A stretch of DNA of 64,000 bases, from positions 79,794,001 through 79,858,000 of the forward strand of contig OX597826.1 in the NCBI GenBank assembly GCA_951406725.2, written 5' to 3'. The position numbers were made by a program, and so were the translations under genes. The notes under the pieces are model-generated. The model saw nothing but the letters and a program-made list of their open reading frames with translations, searched no databases and was not told the DNA's origin. The first letter of the stretch is position 1. The number at the start of each line of letters is the position of its first letter. Below, piece by piece: positions 41,244 through 54,660 of this stretch. The DNA is from Octopus vulgaris (taxonomy: Eukaryota).

Positions 41244-42251
41244 CTATGTAGAAGGTTGAAAAGGAACACACGAGTTGATATATATGGATAAACAAATCAA
41301 GGTAGAAAATGCTAAAATAATTTTATAAAAAACATTTCAGTACCGGTTTCAGTCATTGACATTTTTTTTTTTAAAAGTATCCTTGCATAACGTTCAAATA
41401 CAAGTGGCCTTTTCCTTGTTTCTACCTGTTTCTGTCTTTCTTGTTTACTCTTGTGGGTTTGAGGTCGTTGGGAATTCTTGGTAGGGAAGAAGAAGAAGAA
41501 GAAGAAGAATGCGTGAGTGCCATGATAGTAGTATGTTAAATAGTCGAGAATGTATATATATCTCAACGAAAAAATTCCAGTGAAATCCGCGATGGCAGAG
41601 TTTGTAGATTCAGTGGTAATCCGAGTGGAGAGTTGGTATGTGGATGAGGAGAGTTGCTGAAAGTTCGGGAAGTGGTTCAGATATGCAAGTCCAAAGAGCA
41701 GGAAGTTCAATCGGGATCAAACTGCGTGCAATTGCGTGCACGTATGATATAGAGTTGAAATTTATAGAAAAACAAAAGTGTATGAACTTCAAGCAAGTTT
41801 ATTGATTAGTTTCACCCTCGGGGGAAAAAGCATGTATATATATGGATATATATATGCATATATTCTTGTACATCACTTTTAATTTAGCTTTCATTTCTCC
41901 TTTAGGTTTGCGTTTCAAGGTAGGATCTCTGAAAGCATCTTTCTTTACATAAGACATAAGAATGGCCAATGTGACGTTAACAGTATGTCTTGCAGTTTTA
42001 AGTTGCTTATAATTGCAAACTTTGATGAATGTCTCAATCTTGGGATCTTTGCTTCATGAATGTCTGCTCAGTGTTTTGTCACTTTGCAGGGGTGGCCATC
42101 AATTCCTGGTACCAAGGCATGGGAAAATCCTTTGTCTTGAATACCGTCATCATATTTCGTAAAAAATGTTGGCTTTCTTGTCAACACCACCTTGTTAGCG
42201 TTCATAAAACTGTGAAAACCGGAGGAGTTTGCAATTCTATATATATATATA

Positions 42252-42312
42252 TCGAAACTGCGATCCTACGATCGCGAGTGTGCTGCCCTAACCACTGAGC
42301 CATTGCACCTCC
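42252..42312 (-). mobile_element. SINE family A head only
   Basis: rc ggaggtgcaatggctcagtggttagggcagcacactcgcgatcgtaggatcgcagtttcgat. Confidence 0.75.
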
Positions 42313-42322
42313 ACACACACAC

Positions 42323-42402
<80 letters not shown>

Positions 42403-43617
42403 TGGAAGGAGTAATGACTAAATAGGTGGAGCATCACAATAAATATTCAGATTATTTAAAAAAATCAATCTTCTTTATCTTCTAAGTTCAAACCATCCCA
42501 AAGTCGAATTATATACTTTCCTTTATCCAAGGTCGATAAAATAGTTATTGATCATGTATTGGGATGGGTTCCGGGAACATTTTCAGTCAACTGACAATAT
42601 GACCCTCGCAGCTCAGTTGACCTGTACAGTTATCAAAGAATACTAAGGGCTGCGGGTTAACATACTCGGCAGATAAACGGAGAAATGGCCCTTAATCGTC
42701 TTAGCTTAAATCCCACCAGAATCGATTTACAAACTTACGGGTTCGTTAATAAGATCGATTTAATCGATAGCACTCCCCTCTCCCACCCACATAATCGGTA
42801 GCATAGTGTTTATGAGAGAAATCAATATATTATAGAACCTTATATTTACATTTATTGGTCGGTTTGTTTACGAGTTCGACTGGGCGTTTATTTTCTTTTC
42901 CTGTTTCTAGTTCAGTAAACCAGAGCGGCGTGTTCGAATCTTGCAGGGGTCGACTTTATTTTCTTTTTCCTCCTTACAAAGTTAATATATTAAATAGCAA
43001 GTATCCATAAGTCAAAGATTACAAGTTAAAAGATTAGATATTTTCCTTCCTTTCTTTCCCTGCTGCGCCGCCTTGTGTGTTTGTTGTGTAAGCGTGTTTG
43101 TTGAGTGTGTGTGTGTGTGTGTGTGTTTCTGTGTATCTCTGTATATATATGAGTGGGTATGTGTGTGATTACTCGATTTGCAAAAAATAACAAATTCTTC
43201 ATAGGATCACACCGTGAAACAGGCACGGGTAAAATTTTTTGAGAAGCGGGCCGCATGAGGTAGGATTCGTCTTTGGGTGGGCCGCACTTCTGCTACAAAA
43301 AAAAATTCAAGGTAATTCTTCGTTGAACTGCCATTCAGAATATCCTGCAGACTGCAGGTTGCTCCTAACTTAGAGAAGAATCGCATTGGTTTCAAAAGCG
43401 TTTTGGCTGAAGACCAGCAATTTCTGGGGAGGGTTAATTCGATTGCATCAGTGTTTCATTGGTATTTATTTTATCGATTCCAATAGCATGAAAGGAAAAG
43501 TCACCCTCGGCGGAATTTGAACTCAGAACCTAAATATATTTTACAAATCACGAAACCCCGCCCGATCGGTTCACTGGTTTGAGAAGATAGAGTCGTCTAG
43601 ATGTTTACTGTATGAAC

Positions 43618-44040
43618 AAGCGTGGCTTTGTGTTAAGTAGCTTGCTTACCAACCACATGCTTCTGGGTTCAAGCCCCACTGCGTGGCACCTTGGGCAAGT
43701 GTCTTCTACTATAACCTCGGGCCGACCAAAGCATTGTGAGCGGATTTGGTAGACGGAAACTGAAAGAAGCCCGTCGTATATATATATGTGTATGTGTGTG
43801 TGTGTGTGTGTGTGAGTGTGTGTGAGTATATGTTTGTATCTCACCACCACCACCACCACCACAACCGCTTGACAACCGATGTTAGTCTTTTTACATCCCC
43901 GTAACATAGCGGTTCAACAAAAGACACCAATAGAATAAGTACTAGGCTTACAAAGAATGAGTCCTGAGGTCGATTTGTTCGACTAAAGGCAGTGCTCCAG
44001 CATGGCCGAAGCCAAATGACTGAAACAAGTTAAAGAAAGA
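43618..44040 (+). mobile_element. Full-length SINE family B
   Basis: Reverse complement of 8070-8575. Confidence 0.9.
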
Positions 44041-44513
44041 AAGTTGAGTTTTACCCCAGACTGGGCTGTTCTCGACTCTCTGAAATTCCTCGTGTATCCG
44101 TGTGCGTGACTTTGGCACCAGTCACAAAACCGATGTTGTTTGTGTCGTGTATTTTATGTTTTGCGGTTCGACAAACAGAGACGGACAAGGAAAAGGTACC
44201 CGACTGAAAGAAGTACTGGCCTCGATCTAATCAACAAAATCTTTGAAAGACTTGTCCGTGCTTGGCTGCAGTCAAATGATTGAACCAATAACGTAAGAAT
44301 GAACGAATTTAAAGCCACATCAAAAGAGAAAGAAGCTGCGTGTATCACAGATTTCTGTCGTAACTTACCATTTCCCATTCCTAAAATTTTCTGGCTTCAT
44401 GCCGGGGATTTCGAGCATAGTAGAGAATTTGGAAGGAACCCATTTTCTATTAGAAGCACGTACTTTTGAGAATGATAGGTTTACTTTAGCCGTATTCCAA
44501 AGATCCAATTGTG

Positions 44514-44558
<45 letters not shown>

Positions 44559-44699
44559 TACTCAAATATAAGCAACAAGGATATCCAAGGTACCCCATTT
44601 GATTTATATGGATAATACCATACAAAATTCTGGTGCCTTTAACTTAAGTACCATATTCATCTCAATCTATATATATATATATATATATATTGGATCATA

Positions 44700-44880
44700 T
44701 ACTTCTTTTATTTTTTAAAATTAACCTAAAAATATACTCTCCTTCATTTTCCTACAATGCTCTTCCATCGATCTGGTAGAATTGCAAGGTCCCCTCTTCG
44801 GAAATTAACCTGCCCGTGACGAAAAATACTCCTCCAGTACTGTTCTGACCTCGTCTACAGAATTCATACTTTTTCAGTCC
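44700..44880 (-). pseudogene. Mariner transposase C-terminal relic
   Basis: rc translates, with frameshifts, to VDEVRTVLEEYFSSR..LAILPDRWKSIV..EGEYI. Confidence 0.7.
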
Positions 44881-45769
44881 AAATGATTTTGAAGACTGCA
44901 GAATTAAATGATAATGGCACAATGTCCGGCGACTATAGTGAGAATAAGTTATGTGAGCAGGTGAGAAAACTATTTTCTTTCTTTGAGTTGTTTCGACAGA
45001 TCAGTCTAAATCCAATACGTATTTCATATTGTCTTCCATATCTGTGTCTCTTAACATTTTGTGACATCCTTGGTTTTGATCGGTATGAACAAAATTATAC
45101 ACGTTTTATTAAAATTAAATAAAAATCAAAAACGTAACCGCTTAGCAGAATTGTAAACATGTCGGCTCTTTATGTTCAGAGTTCTAATTCAGCCAAGATC
45201 GATTTTTGTCTTTCATCCATTTCCAGGGTCGATAAATAAGAACCAGTTTTGCATCGAATCATCAACAAATTCAACTTGCCCGTTCTTCATGCGTCCGGAC
45301 AAACTCGAACGCAAATATGCTAGGCGCTGTTGTGTAAGTCACTTCTCTCTCTTTTTCGATGAAACTGTGCTCATAACACACTCGTCTCATCGGTGTAAGG
45401 GATTCTGGGACATTGGTGTTTCGATGTATTGTGTCTTGTTCACCACAATTACAGGAACCTTTTCAGCCCAAACAAGCCACTGGCTTTGTTGATACGTTCA
45501 GTGAACACACTGTTTTCTGATCGGTGTTTATATCTGCCTAACGAACTGTGTTCTAATCTACTGGGCGTATTACGGTAGCCCAACCGTTTAATTTTCAGGG
45601 TACTGTTCCAGTATGGTCTCAGTCTATTGACTGAAACAAAGTAAAGAACAAAGATAATAAAAAATGCATCGCTAATTTCATCGTTAATTTCAGAAAAATT
45701 TAACAGAAAGCAGGGAGAGACAAACGAGAAATTAAATGAATTAAAGATATATAAAGCATATATATATAC

Positions 45770-46110
<341 letters not shown>

Positions 46111-46288
46111 ATATATATATACATATACATTCAAACAAACACACACTCACAAGCACACACACAGAGGCACACATATATATATATAGGTACACACATTCAT
46201 ACACATATGTGCAAATACTCGTAGATATGCTTATAATACTGCACATATAGGAGGAAAGACTACTCCAAATATTCATGTATACACACGT

Positions 46289-46326
<38 letters not shown>

Positions 46327-46429
46327 CATCATGTACTTATAGACACAAGAATTTGTGTGGATTTACGAATTTCACTTGAAAGCTATGTGGTTCTGGGTTA
46401 TTTCCATCGCATTCGGGAGTGCAGTCTTG

Positions 46430-46900
46430 GAAAGAATTACATTTCAAGAATAGTTGATGCTATAATTGAAGATGATCCGCGCTGTAGAGCGGAGTTTTGC
46501 ATGTGGTACTTGGCAGGATGTAGAGAAGATACACATTTTCCAATAAAGGTTGATTGGAATGGTGAGGCTACATTTAAATAAAATGGCTCAACCGTTACAA
46601 TTACACTCGTTGGGGATCTGAGATTCGGCATATTACGGAGGAACATCATGTTAAGTTTCCAGGATTTACAATATGACGCGGTTTATCATCAAAAGGATTG
46701 TTTTGACCGTTCTTTTTTGATGGTACTGTGACTGGTTCCATTTACTTGAATTTGTTTGGATAATCCGCCGTGTCAAGCATTGAAAAGGACTTGGAAGAAA
46801 TGGAATCATTTTTATCAAGAGGGGGCACCCAACATACCATAGTAATGTAGGGGCCTACCTTGATGAACTTTTGCCGACCGAAATTAAGTGCTTAAACGAA
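46430..46900 (+). pseudogene. Tc1/mariner-type DDE transposase relic
   Basis: EDDPRCRAEFCMWYL..FPIKVDWNGEATFK*NGS and RGLSSKGLF*PFFFDGTVTGSIYL resemble the Tc1-like SDEAxF and GPFFFxGTVTG motifs. Confidence 0.75.
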
Positions 46901-47312
46901 ATTAAGTAGAATATCCTCCGCGTTCACTAGACTTTTTATGGGGATACTTAAAAGAAAGTTTACGGTAGAAATCCGGCAAACAATCAACGAATTGAGGAAA
47001 ACCATTGAACGAAAATGCACATGAATACCAAACAAAATGTTTTTTGTTATTTGCGATTCCGTTAGCAAGCATCATCAACAGTGCCTTGAAAAGAACGGTC
47101 ATCTGCCTGAAAACAGGCATCCCGAAAACAATAAAATCCTGTCCGTAATAGGTTCTATTAAATATTTAAAATGAAATATATATTAATAAATACTAATTTT
47201 ATAATCATTCAATGTGCATACAGTTTTTTTGAACACATGTGTATATAATATATATATACCGAGTAAGGATATAAATGTGAAACAAGGTTCTGTTAAAAAT
47301 ATTTAACAAAAT

Positions 47313-47348
47313 TGTTCGACGAACGGGATCGTGAAACTCTGAGTAACA
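47313..47348 (+). ncRNA. Hammerhead-like motif with variant core UCGACGA
   Basis: TGT TCGACGA ACG ggat CGT GAAA CTC t GAG TA ACA; sister copy at 57913-57945. Confidence 0.5.
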
Positions 47349-48559
47349 GCTTTTGTAATATTTCTGCTGCTTTTAAATAAAGTATAATATATATATATAT
47401 ATATATACACATTCCACATGTAGCATCGAGATTAAATAATTGTAATGATTTGTGTCTAAAAACTCCTCCAACCCAAGTTTCACATGTGGCATTACGTCCC
47501 TGAAACTTTCTGCAATGTAAATTTATTATTCAAACTATTAATACATGCATACATATGGGCGCCCGCCCGCACACACACACATGTCATTATATATGACGCA
47601 AACTGGTGTATTAAAAATCTGCTGATAAGAACCAAGAAAAACACCATCAACAACAATAAATCAACAAAAGAACCCCTCCCCACCAAAAACCAAACATGTA
47701 ATTTTAATTTCTTAAGCATAATTCACATCCTCCTCTTGGATTTTTCTTACAAAGACGACTGTGCACCGGTCGTTTGGTTGTTGCCATTATTACGCTGCGC
47801 CGTTTGCAGTTTCTCTTGTTATTCTTGGTGCGGCCGATTTTTAGTAAAGTCAAACATATTTCGTGTTTATGTAAACATTTCTTATTGACAACTGGTACCG
47901 TACCAGGGCAATTAGAACCTTGATAGTGACGATGTAAATGGCTCAGGAATTTTGATAATAATTCCTCTCACTTTAAACACTGTTTCCCATCTGTTGTAGT
48001 TAACGAAATCTATATCAAAGGAAGAATAAGAATTATGAAGAATTTTGACGTGTGTGTTGCCGCTGTTGTATGTGTGTGTGTGTGTGTGTGTTGCCGTTGT
48101 CGTATGTGTGTGTGTGTGTGTGAAATAAAGAGAGTAAAAATATGGACTAAAACTTGCTTTTTGAATTAGCCTTGTTTCCTATTAATGAGTTCTAGTTACA
48201 AGCCAAGCTTCTTTGACGCTTCGAAATCTGCGATCGTACCATTTTCGCTCCTGTGCTTGATGGTCGTATTAATAGGAATATAAATACGTAAATAACCGCG
48301 TACGTATTTATGCATTTTTGTATCAATGTGTGCCTATGGGCGTCTGCATGCATTATTGTTGTGTTGAGTAGTTTCATCTGTATTGTGTAGTGCAGATATG
48401 AAACAATTTGAAGACATCTGTTCAGGTTCCACCTGTCAAAATAAAACTTCTTGCCACGTTGCAGGCATGAATTAACACACCAGTCATCAATAATTAGACT
48501 GTTTTTCAAGATATATAAATAAACAAATAAATGAATAAATAAATATATATATATATATA

Positions 48560-48845
48560 TGGCCTAGTGGTTAGGGCAGCGGACTCGCGGTCGTAAGAAC
48601 GCGGTTTCGATTCCCAGACCGGGCGTTGTGAGTGTTTATTGAGCGAAAACACCTAAAGCTCCACGAGGCTCTGGCAGGGGGTGGTGGCGATCCCTACTGT
48701 ACTCTTTCGCCTCAACTTTCTCTCACTCTTTCTTCTGTTGGCCTGCTCGCTTAGCCAGCGGGATGACGTCATTTGAAGCACATTGTGACCAGCGATGTGT
48801 AGCGACATCTGATAGCCTGGTCGGTCACGTGATCACGGGATATCA
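48560..48845 (+). mobile_element. SINE family A
   Basis: Matches 532-792; ends gtcacgtgatcacg. Confidence 0.88.
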
Positions 48846-50254
48846 CTATATATATATATTATAATAATAATAACGATGATAATAATAATAATAGGGAGTA
48901 ATTGGTTATTTATGTATTGGCTTATGTCTATCACTGTTTGAGTTGCATAATAATGGTTTTATCTCTAATTTATATTTTGTGTATATATACTAGCAGAGAT
49001 ACCCGGCGTTGCCCTTGTTACATACAATTGAAGAATTAGACTTTTCTGTTATATTTTCTCTAATGAACTGGAATATCTATGTTTCGAATTTCATCAAAAT
49101 TGCAGATGAGGGTTATTTCCCTCTTTACGCACCCTAAAAAAATTGTAATCGTGCCACATATATCCCATACTACTGATTTTTATGCGCATATTCCAAGATT
49201 CCAGTCTTATTGAACCTGTTAAAAAGATTTTGCTCTTGAAAAATGAAGGTCATGGAGCTCTAAAATGTGAGAGTTAACGCCCCTGTTGGGGGTGGACATC
49301 TTAATGTCAACTAGAGAAGTTGAATTGTTGAGAATCTTTTTAACTTGGGTCTTATATCTATTGTTTGAATTTCTTTGAAATAGGAAATATATGTTTGTAA
49401 AAGAGAGTAAAGCTACAGGAAACCAAAAGACGAATGATCACAATAAGCAGTCAGTTATACTACCCTAGTCGTTACCACTCCCAATGTAGGATTCCTCACC
49501 ATCCAGGTGACAGGCACAGCCATAAGATGCATTACGAATCTATAGCAATTGGAAGGGCGTGACCCAACTGAAATAAACATTAACAACTGTGTGACGTGAG
49601 AGCTAAGGAGAAATGTAAGTTGGAGTTTGCAAATTTACAATCTATAAATGTCTTGGAATAACCAGTCACCCATCTGGGAAGGCCTTGAAATAAATATTAC
49701 CATCTGGGGACTATGTGTGACCCAGTGATAATAAAAATACTGAAAGGAGGTCTGCTATCAAATAACTTTACTCAACACTTTGCAACTGAATCAGTGGAGG
49801 CAAAGATGCCTCTCTTACTTGACAATTTATCCAGCACATTGCAGAAATCACAATGTAAGTGTATGTCAAAGCAGACTGTTACATTGTTGTACCATTGAAT
49901 TAGAAATAATGCTCAACGTTTATGCTCGGGTAACCCTACAGCTTCCAAGAGCACAACTGTATTTGTTTTTGCTTTGATAACATGACAAAATTGTGGGTGT
50001 TAAGTCCCCATGGAGGGGTCTTTATAACTTGTAAGAAGATAAAATTTTATAAATATTACTTCATTTGTATCTAATATCTATGGTTAAAATTTCCTCAACA
50101 GCAAAAATATATGAATTGTCATAGGCGTTGTGGCCCTTATGCATAGAATATAATTTCCAAATTTCCTAAAGATCCATTCAGTACTTTTGACCTAGTTTTG
50201 GATCATAGAAGAAATGACTAAAATTTGGGAGTTAAGGCTCCCATTAGGGTGTTT

Positions 50255-50324
<70 letters not shown>

Positions 50325-50589
50325 AAGATAAATTGATAGATACAACTGAGTGGGCAAAAAAAAATGAGACACGGCCTAGTGCCTTTTTATGTTGATAAGC
50401 CTGGTACTTATTCTATTAGTTTGTTCTTGTGAAACAAGTAAGTTAAGTGGATGTAAATAAATGAACAGCAGTTGTGAAGCAGTGATGAGGGCGAAACACA
50501 GGCACAAAGACACACACATACACTTACATATATACATACATATATATACGATTGATTTGTTTCAGTTCCTGTCTACGAAATCCATATAT

Positions 50590-50960
50590 ATTGTTGTTGG
50601 CGTCCTTTTTGTCTCGGGAGACAATGGAGTTGCGCATAAAATAATCTAGTCTGGCTTTTAAATTTCATGTCCTAATACATCTCCTGCTGTGGCTGTGTAG
50701 TCCTATCCTGGACAAACACTCCCTCTGACAGGTGCCGAAAATGTAGCGAAGACTTTGCCTGGTTGGTTGCAATGTCCTACTTTCTTGTTGACGTCTTTTA
50801 TTGTCTTTCCATTTCTCCTCTCTCTCTCTATGTCACTATTCGTGTTCCCTCTTTTAGGGTACGTCACCAATCTCCACGGTTGCTGGCAACTGCTTCCCAG
50901 TTGGTAATATTGATGTTGCAGGCATTCATGTCCCTTTTGCAAACATCGTTTTTTCATTCA
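50590..50960 (-). mobile_element. RTE-clade LINE 3' end
   Basis: rc translates DVCKRDMNACNINITNWEAVASNRGDW and ..RECLSRIGLHSH; ends aggacgcc(aac)n. Confidence 0.75.
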
Positions 50961-51131
50961 CAAAATTCTATTTGACAAGTCCGAGAAACGAACGAAAGCA
51001 CTAATAATAATGACGAAATTAAAAGATTTTTTCAAAATTCTGGCTGCCTTTTTTTCTCAATGATAGATCATTAGCCACTATACACACTGTTTTCTTTCCT
51101 TGTTTCTCTCCTTGTTTTTTTTTCTGTGTCC

Positions 51132-51167
51132 CTTTCTGTAGAAGAGCGTAGGCTCGAAACGTAAAAG
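51132..51167 (+). ncRNA. Minimal hammerhead-like motif (core CUGUAGA)
   Basis: CTTT CTGTAGA a GAGC gtag GCTC GAAA CGT A AAAG. Confidence 0.6.
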
Positions 51168-51324
51168 ACTTTTTCTATTCCTGAGCGTTATACTAATACT
51201 TCTGTTTGTTTTGTACACCACCTGCCTTGGTCTTTTTTTTTCGTACACTCTCCTTATAACTACATGTGGATCGGCGATTTTTTTCCTCCACCTTCCTTTC
51301 CTCTTGTACTTTCCTCCGTCTTCT

Positions 51325-51359
51325 GTTTCTGACGAAGAGCTTTGCTCGAAACGTAAGGC
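51325..51359 (+). ncRNA. Minimal type I hammerhead motif (canonical core CUGACGA)
   Basis: GTTT CTGACGA a GAGC ttt GCTC GAAA CGT A AGGC; stem I has two G-U pairs. Confidence 0.65.
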
Positions 51360-51599
51360 CACCTTTCTTTCCTACCCCGAGTCTCTGTTTATACTTTGCA
51401 TGTACCACGTCCTCGCGTTAGTGTTTTCTTGAGTTTGTTCTTGTTTTTTTTATTTACTATATATCTTTAGTCAAAATTCTATTTGATGTAGTGATGCTGT
51501 TGGTGAATCTCAACACTAAGACAAAGAGACAATATTTCAAGACTCTGTTCTGCCTTGTTATATACAAACTTCCTCTGCTTTTAAATATGTAAACATGTT

Positions 51600-51805
51600 T
51601 GCTTCAAATTTTGGCACAAGACTAGAAATTTCGTTGGGGGGAATAAGTCGATTTAATCGACTCCAGTAATCGAATGGCACATATTTAATCGATCTCGACA
51701 GGATGAAAAACAAATGTCGACACCCTCGCACTTTCAACTCCCAACCGACGAAATGCTGCCAAGCATTTTGCCTGGTGTGCAAAGGATTCTGTCTGTTCGC
51801 CGTGT
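51600..51805 (-). mobile_element. SINE family C, diverged
   Basis: tttaatcgatctcgacaggatgaaa..gtcgac..aagcattttgcctggtgtgc. Confidence 0.65.
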
Positions 51806-53049
51806 TAAACATGTGAATATGTTGACCTAATGAACTCCAATCCTCGGAGACTAACCGAGAGATTAAGAGAAAATTGAAAAAAAACTCTCATTGATTGAGT
51901 TTAAAATCTAAAATGAAAAATTATTGAGGATAATTAGCATAGATTTTTACAATACGAAATATGAAACCATAAAATATTTCAAGCAAATATTCATAATTTT
52001 CTCAAGAGAATTAATGTTGAAAGTGAACTAAAATACTTCTGAATAGATGAGATTGAAAAGCACGGGGAGGTTCTGTGGCCCTTTACTCCTGTGAATGCGA
52101 GCATCTATATGAGAACCTGATTCTGTATGAAAAAACAAAACAAAAACAGAAAACAAATAAAAATTGCTAGTAAATAAACGGCGTGTTATAAATTTCTTCA
52201 AATAAAAAAAAATTCCTTAAAAGGTCAATTTTAAAGTTTTCTTAGTTTAATATTTCTCTTTACATTTCCGCAATAAATTTAATTACATTTTCCAGTAAAT
52301 TCAATAAAAATTTCTTTAATGCGGCTTTATTAAGTTATATTTAATTGAATGTCGTTTTCAAATATAAACGAAAATGCTGTCCGCTCTATGACTATAGAAA
52401 TATGAAATTTAAAACTAAAATCCAGATATCTGATTAGATTAACCATTAAAAAAAAAGAAGTAATTTTAATATTTTTTCTTATTTCTAGTTAAAATTCCAC
52501 TAAAACATGTGTTCAGTATATTAACGCTAACTGAATGCTTTTTTTTTGCTGGTACACCAATGTTTATCTACATGGACCACCGAGAAAATTGTTCAGTTAT
52601 ACAAACATTGACTTTTTTCTTGTAAATGTTTGTAATTGAAATTACGCAAACGGCTTTCGATTTCTTTAAACAGAGAAATATAAAAAAAAAAGACCTATCG
52701 GTAACCATCAACACTGAATTTTACTTCATTACAAGCTCAATACACAGCACAATACAAGTGAAGTCAATTCAATTTATTCAGGTTTACTTTACAACTATCG
52801 ATTTCTCGTCACTTATTAAATCGCGTTACTCCGACCCTTTTATAATTAAAGGTGTTTTAATTCTGTTTCCACTTGTTCTGAGAATATAAAGCGACAAACC
52901 TAGAGCTTCCACCAAAAGTAATAATGCTCAATGTACCTATGAATTATGCTGTGCCTTCTTCCATGTGTCATTTGACGGAGATTTGATTGCTATTTTTTGC
53001 AATAAAGCAGCCATGGAGAGGCTCTTCTCTTAGATCGTACATTAACAAT

Positions 53050-54660
53050 TACTGGGATTCTCAACTTGGGGTGAAATGATATTTTTAGGAGTTCACATGA
53101 TCGGGGCCCAAAGAATTTGGGAATAAATTATATTCGATTGTGTCAGACGATACTGTGTCAGATGATACGGTAAACACAAACAAATATTGCGTAAGGAAGT
53201 ATCTAAAACAGACAGCTGTTTACTCGCAAGCTACAAAAATAGTTATGAGACTTTATTTTTATTTGTCAAAGCTTTTCGCAACTTCACGATGCAGACTGCA
53301 CAGAAAATCGTCAAGGTTGTCCCTTCTGTGCTTTCCTCTTCAGTTCTTTCATTAAATAGCTTCGCATGTGGAAAACTAATTGGGTTAATTTCTCGTCAAG
53401 CAATTACCTATGCAAATCAATGAATATATTTTAAGGGTTACAGAAGTACTTCCGGTTGCGTATGTTAGATTTCTGGGGGTAATCATATACAAGACAAAAG
53501 AATAATTTTTTTCGTCCTAAGCTTTACAGCACAAATCAAAGGTATAACAGTTTTAAAAGAAGTCGAGACTTACTTCAAAGAAGCTAATATTCCATTAGCA
53601 GAGTGACGGCCTTGCGCATGACGACGCAAACAGGTTGTGTCTATAAACTGTACAGGTAGCGACGTCTATCGCTTGTGCTACTGCGGATACTACCTCGATG
53701 GTAGATACAACGGTTTCATTACTTATTATATAAAAAAGCATCTATGAATAACTGGAATGATATTTGTAAGTTGCTGTTTCATTGTATTAAAATACATCGA
53801 CCTCACCAGATAAAATATACTTTAAAGTCTTTTCCGTAAAGATTATGATACAAAAAAAATGGAAAGCCCTGAATACCTAGTGATTATTTGAGAGGAAAAT
53901 GACAAACAACAGATGATTGTCTTCGTGGTTTTGTGACCTTTTAGGACAGTATTGTATCAATTTTGAATAGTTATCAGCTTGGTGTCCAGCTGGTGGCCAC
54001 CAGATGAGACATATTTAAACTCTTAGATGTATTTTAAAAGCTTATTTTACTGAATAAACAGTTACAGGGATAAAGTGTAATTTATCTCCCTCACAAAGAG
54101 GCTATTACCGCTTTTATGTATAACCATTCAGAGTTTATAAAACGACATAGTTTTGTGTCGTTTCTCGCCATGGCTTTCATTGACACTGAGCTGTAAAATG
54201 ATAATGTTTCTGCGTATGTCGAACATTTGAAGCATTTATTTACTGATAAGAAAGTTCTGTTCAACGTCTTGTATCCTAAAATTGGGTGATGGATCCATTC
54301 GGGATAAAAGCAGCTGATGTAGACATTAAAGTACAGGAAAGCCTCAATGAGTTACAAGGTGATGGAACAGATTAATCCAGATTCAAGTATTGCAAACATT
54401 ATTTATGGAAAAGTAGAGCAGATGTTCAGAAGGTTCCAATTCTTTAGAAGAGAATAACGTTGTATCTCGTATATTTTCCTGTTTGTCTTGTTGAATCTGG
54501 CTTTAGCTGGTTGATGTAACTATTAAACCTTCACCAATGCATTTTATATCGTAAGAAAGGTGACTTTTGTTGATAGATGTACAGCCAGAGATTTTAACAG
54601 CTTCCGAGTTGGTATCAGGTACAAGACACACTGAATGATGTGCCAATCATAAGAATATTT
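53050..54660 (+). pseudogene. Decayed hAT (Buster/Charlie-like) transposon
   Basis: Fragments IACATADTTSMV..RYNGFITY (cf. ATDGAPSMxG) and FPVCLVESGFS (cf. hATC F.SSYLxExGFS); possible TIR-like ctgggattctcaac at 53052. Confidence 0.65.

Larger units (their letters stand above)
51075..51460 (+). mobile_element. Two different PLE-type terminal repeats in tandem, each with a hammerhead
   Basis: First unit is the rc of 34172-34352; second is related to 45895-46110. Confidence 0.75.

Noticed and set aside
41335-41362. rc gtcaatgactGAAACCGGTac, a hammerhead-like 3' half with palindrome
   Set aside because: The CUGANGA half is missing; too incomplete to call.
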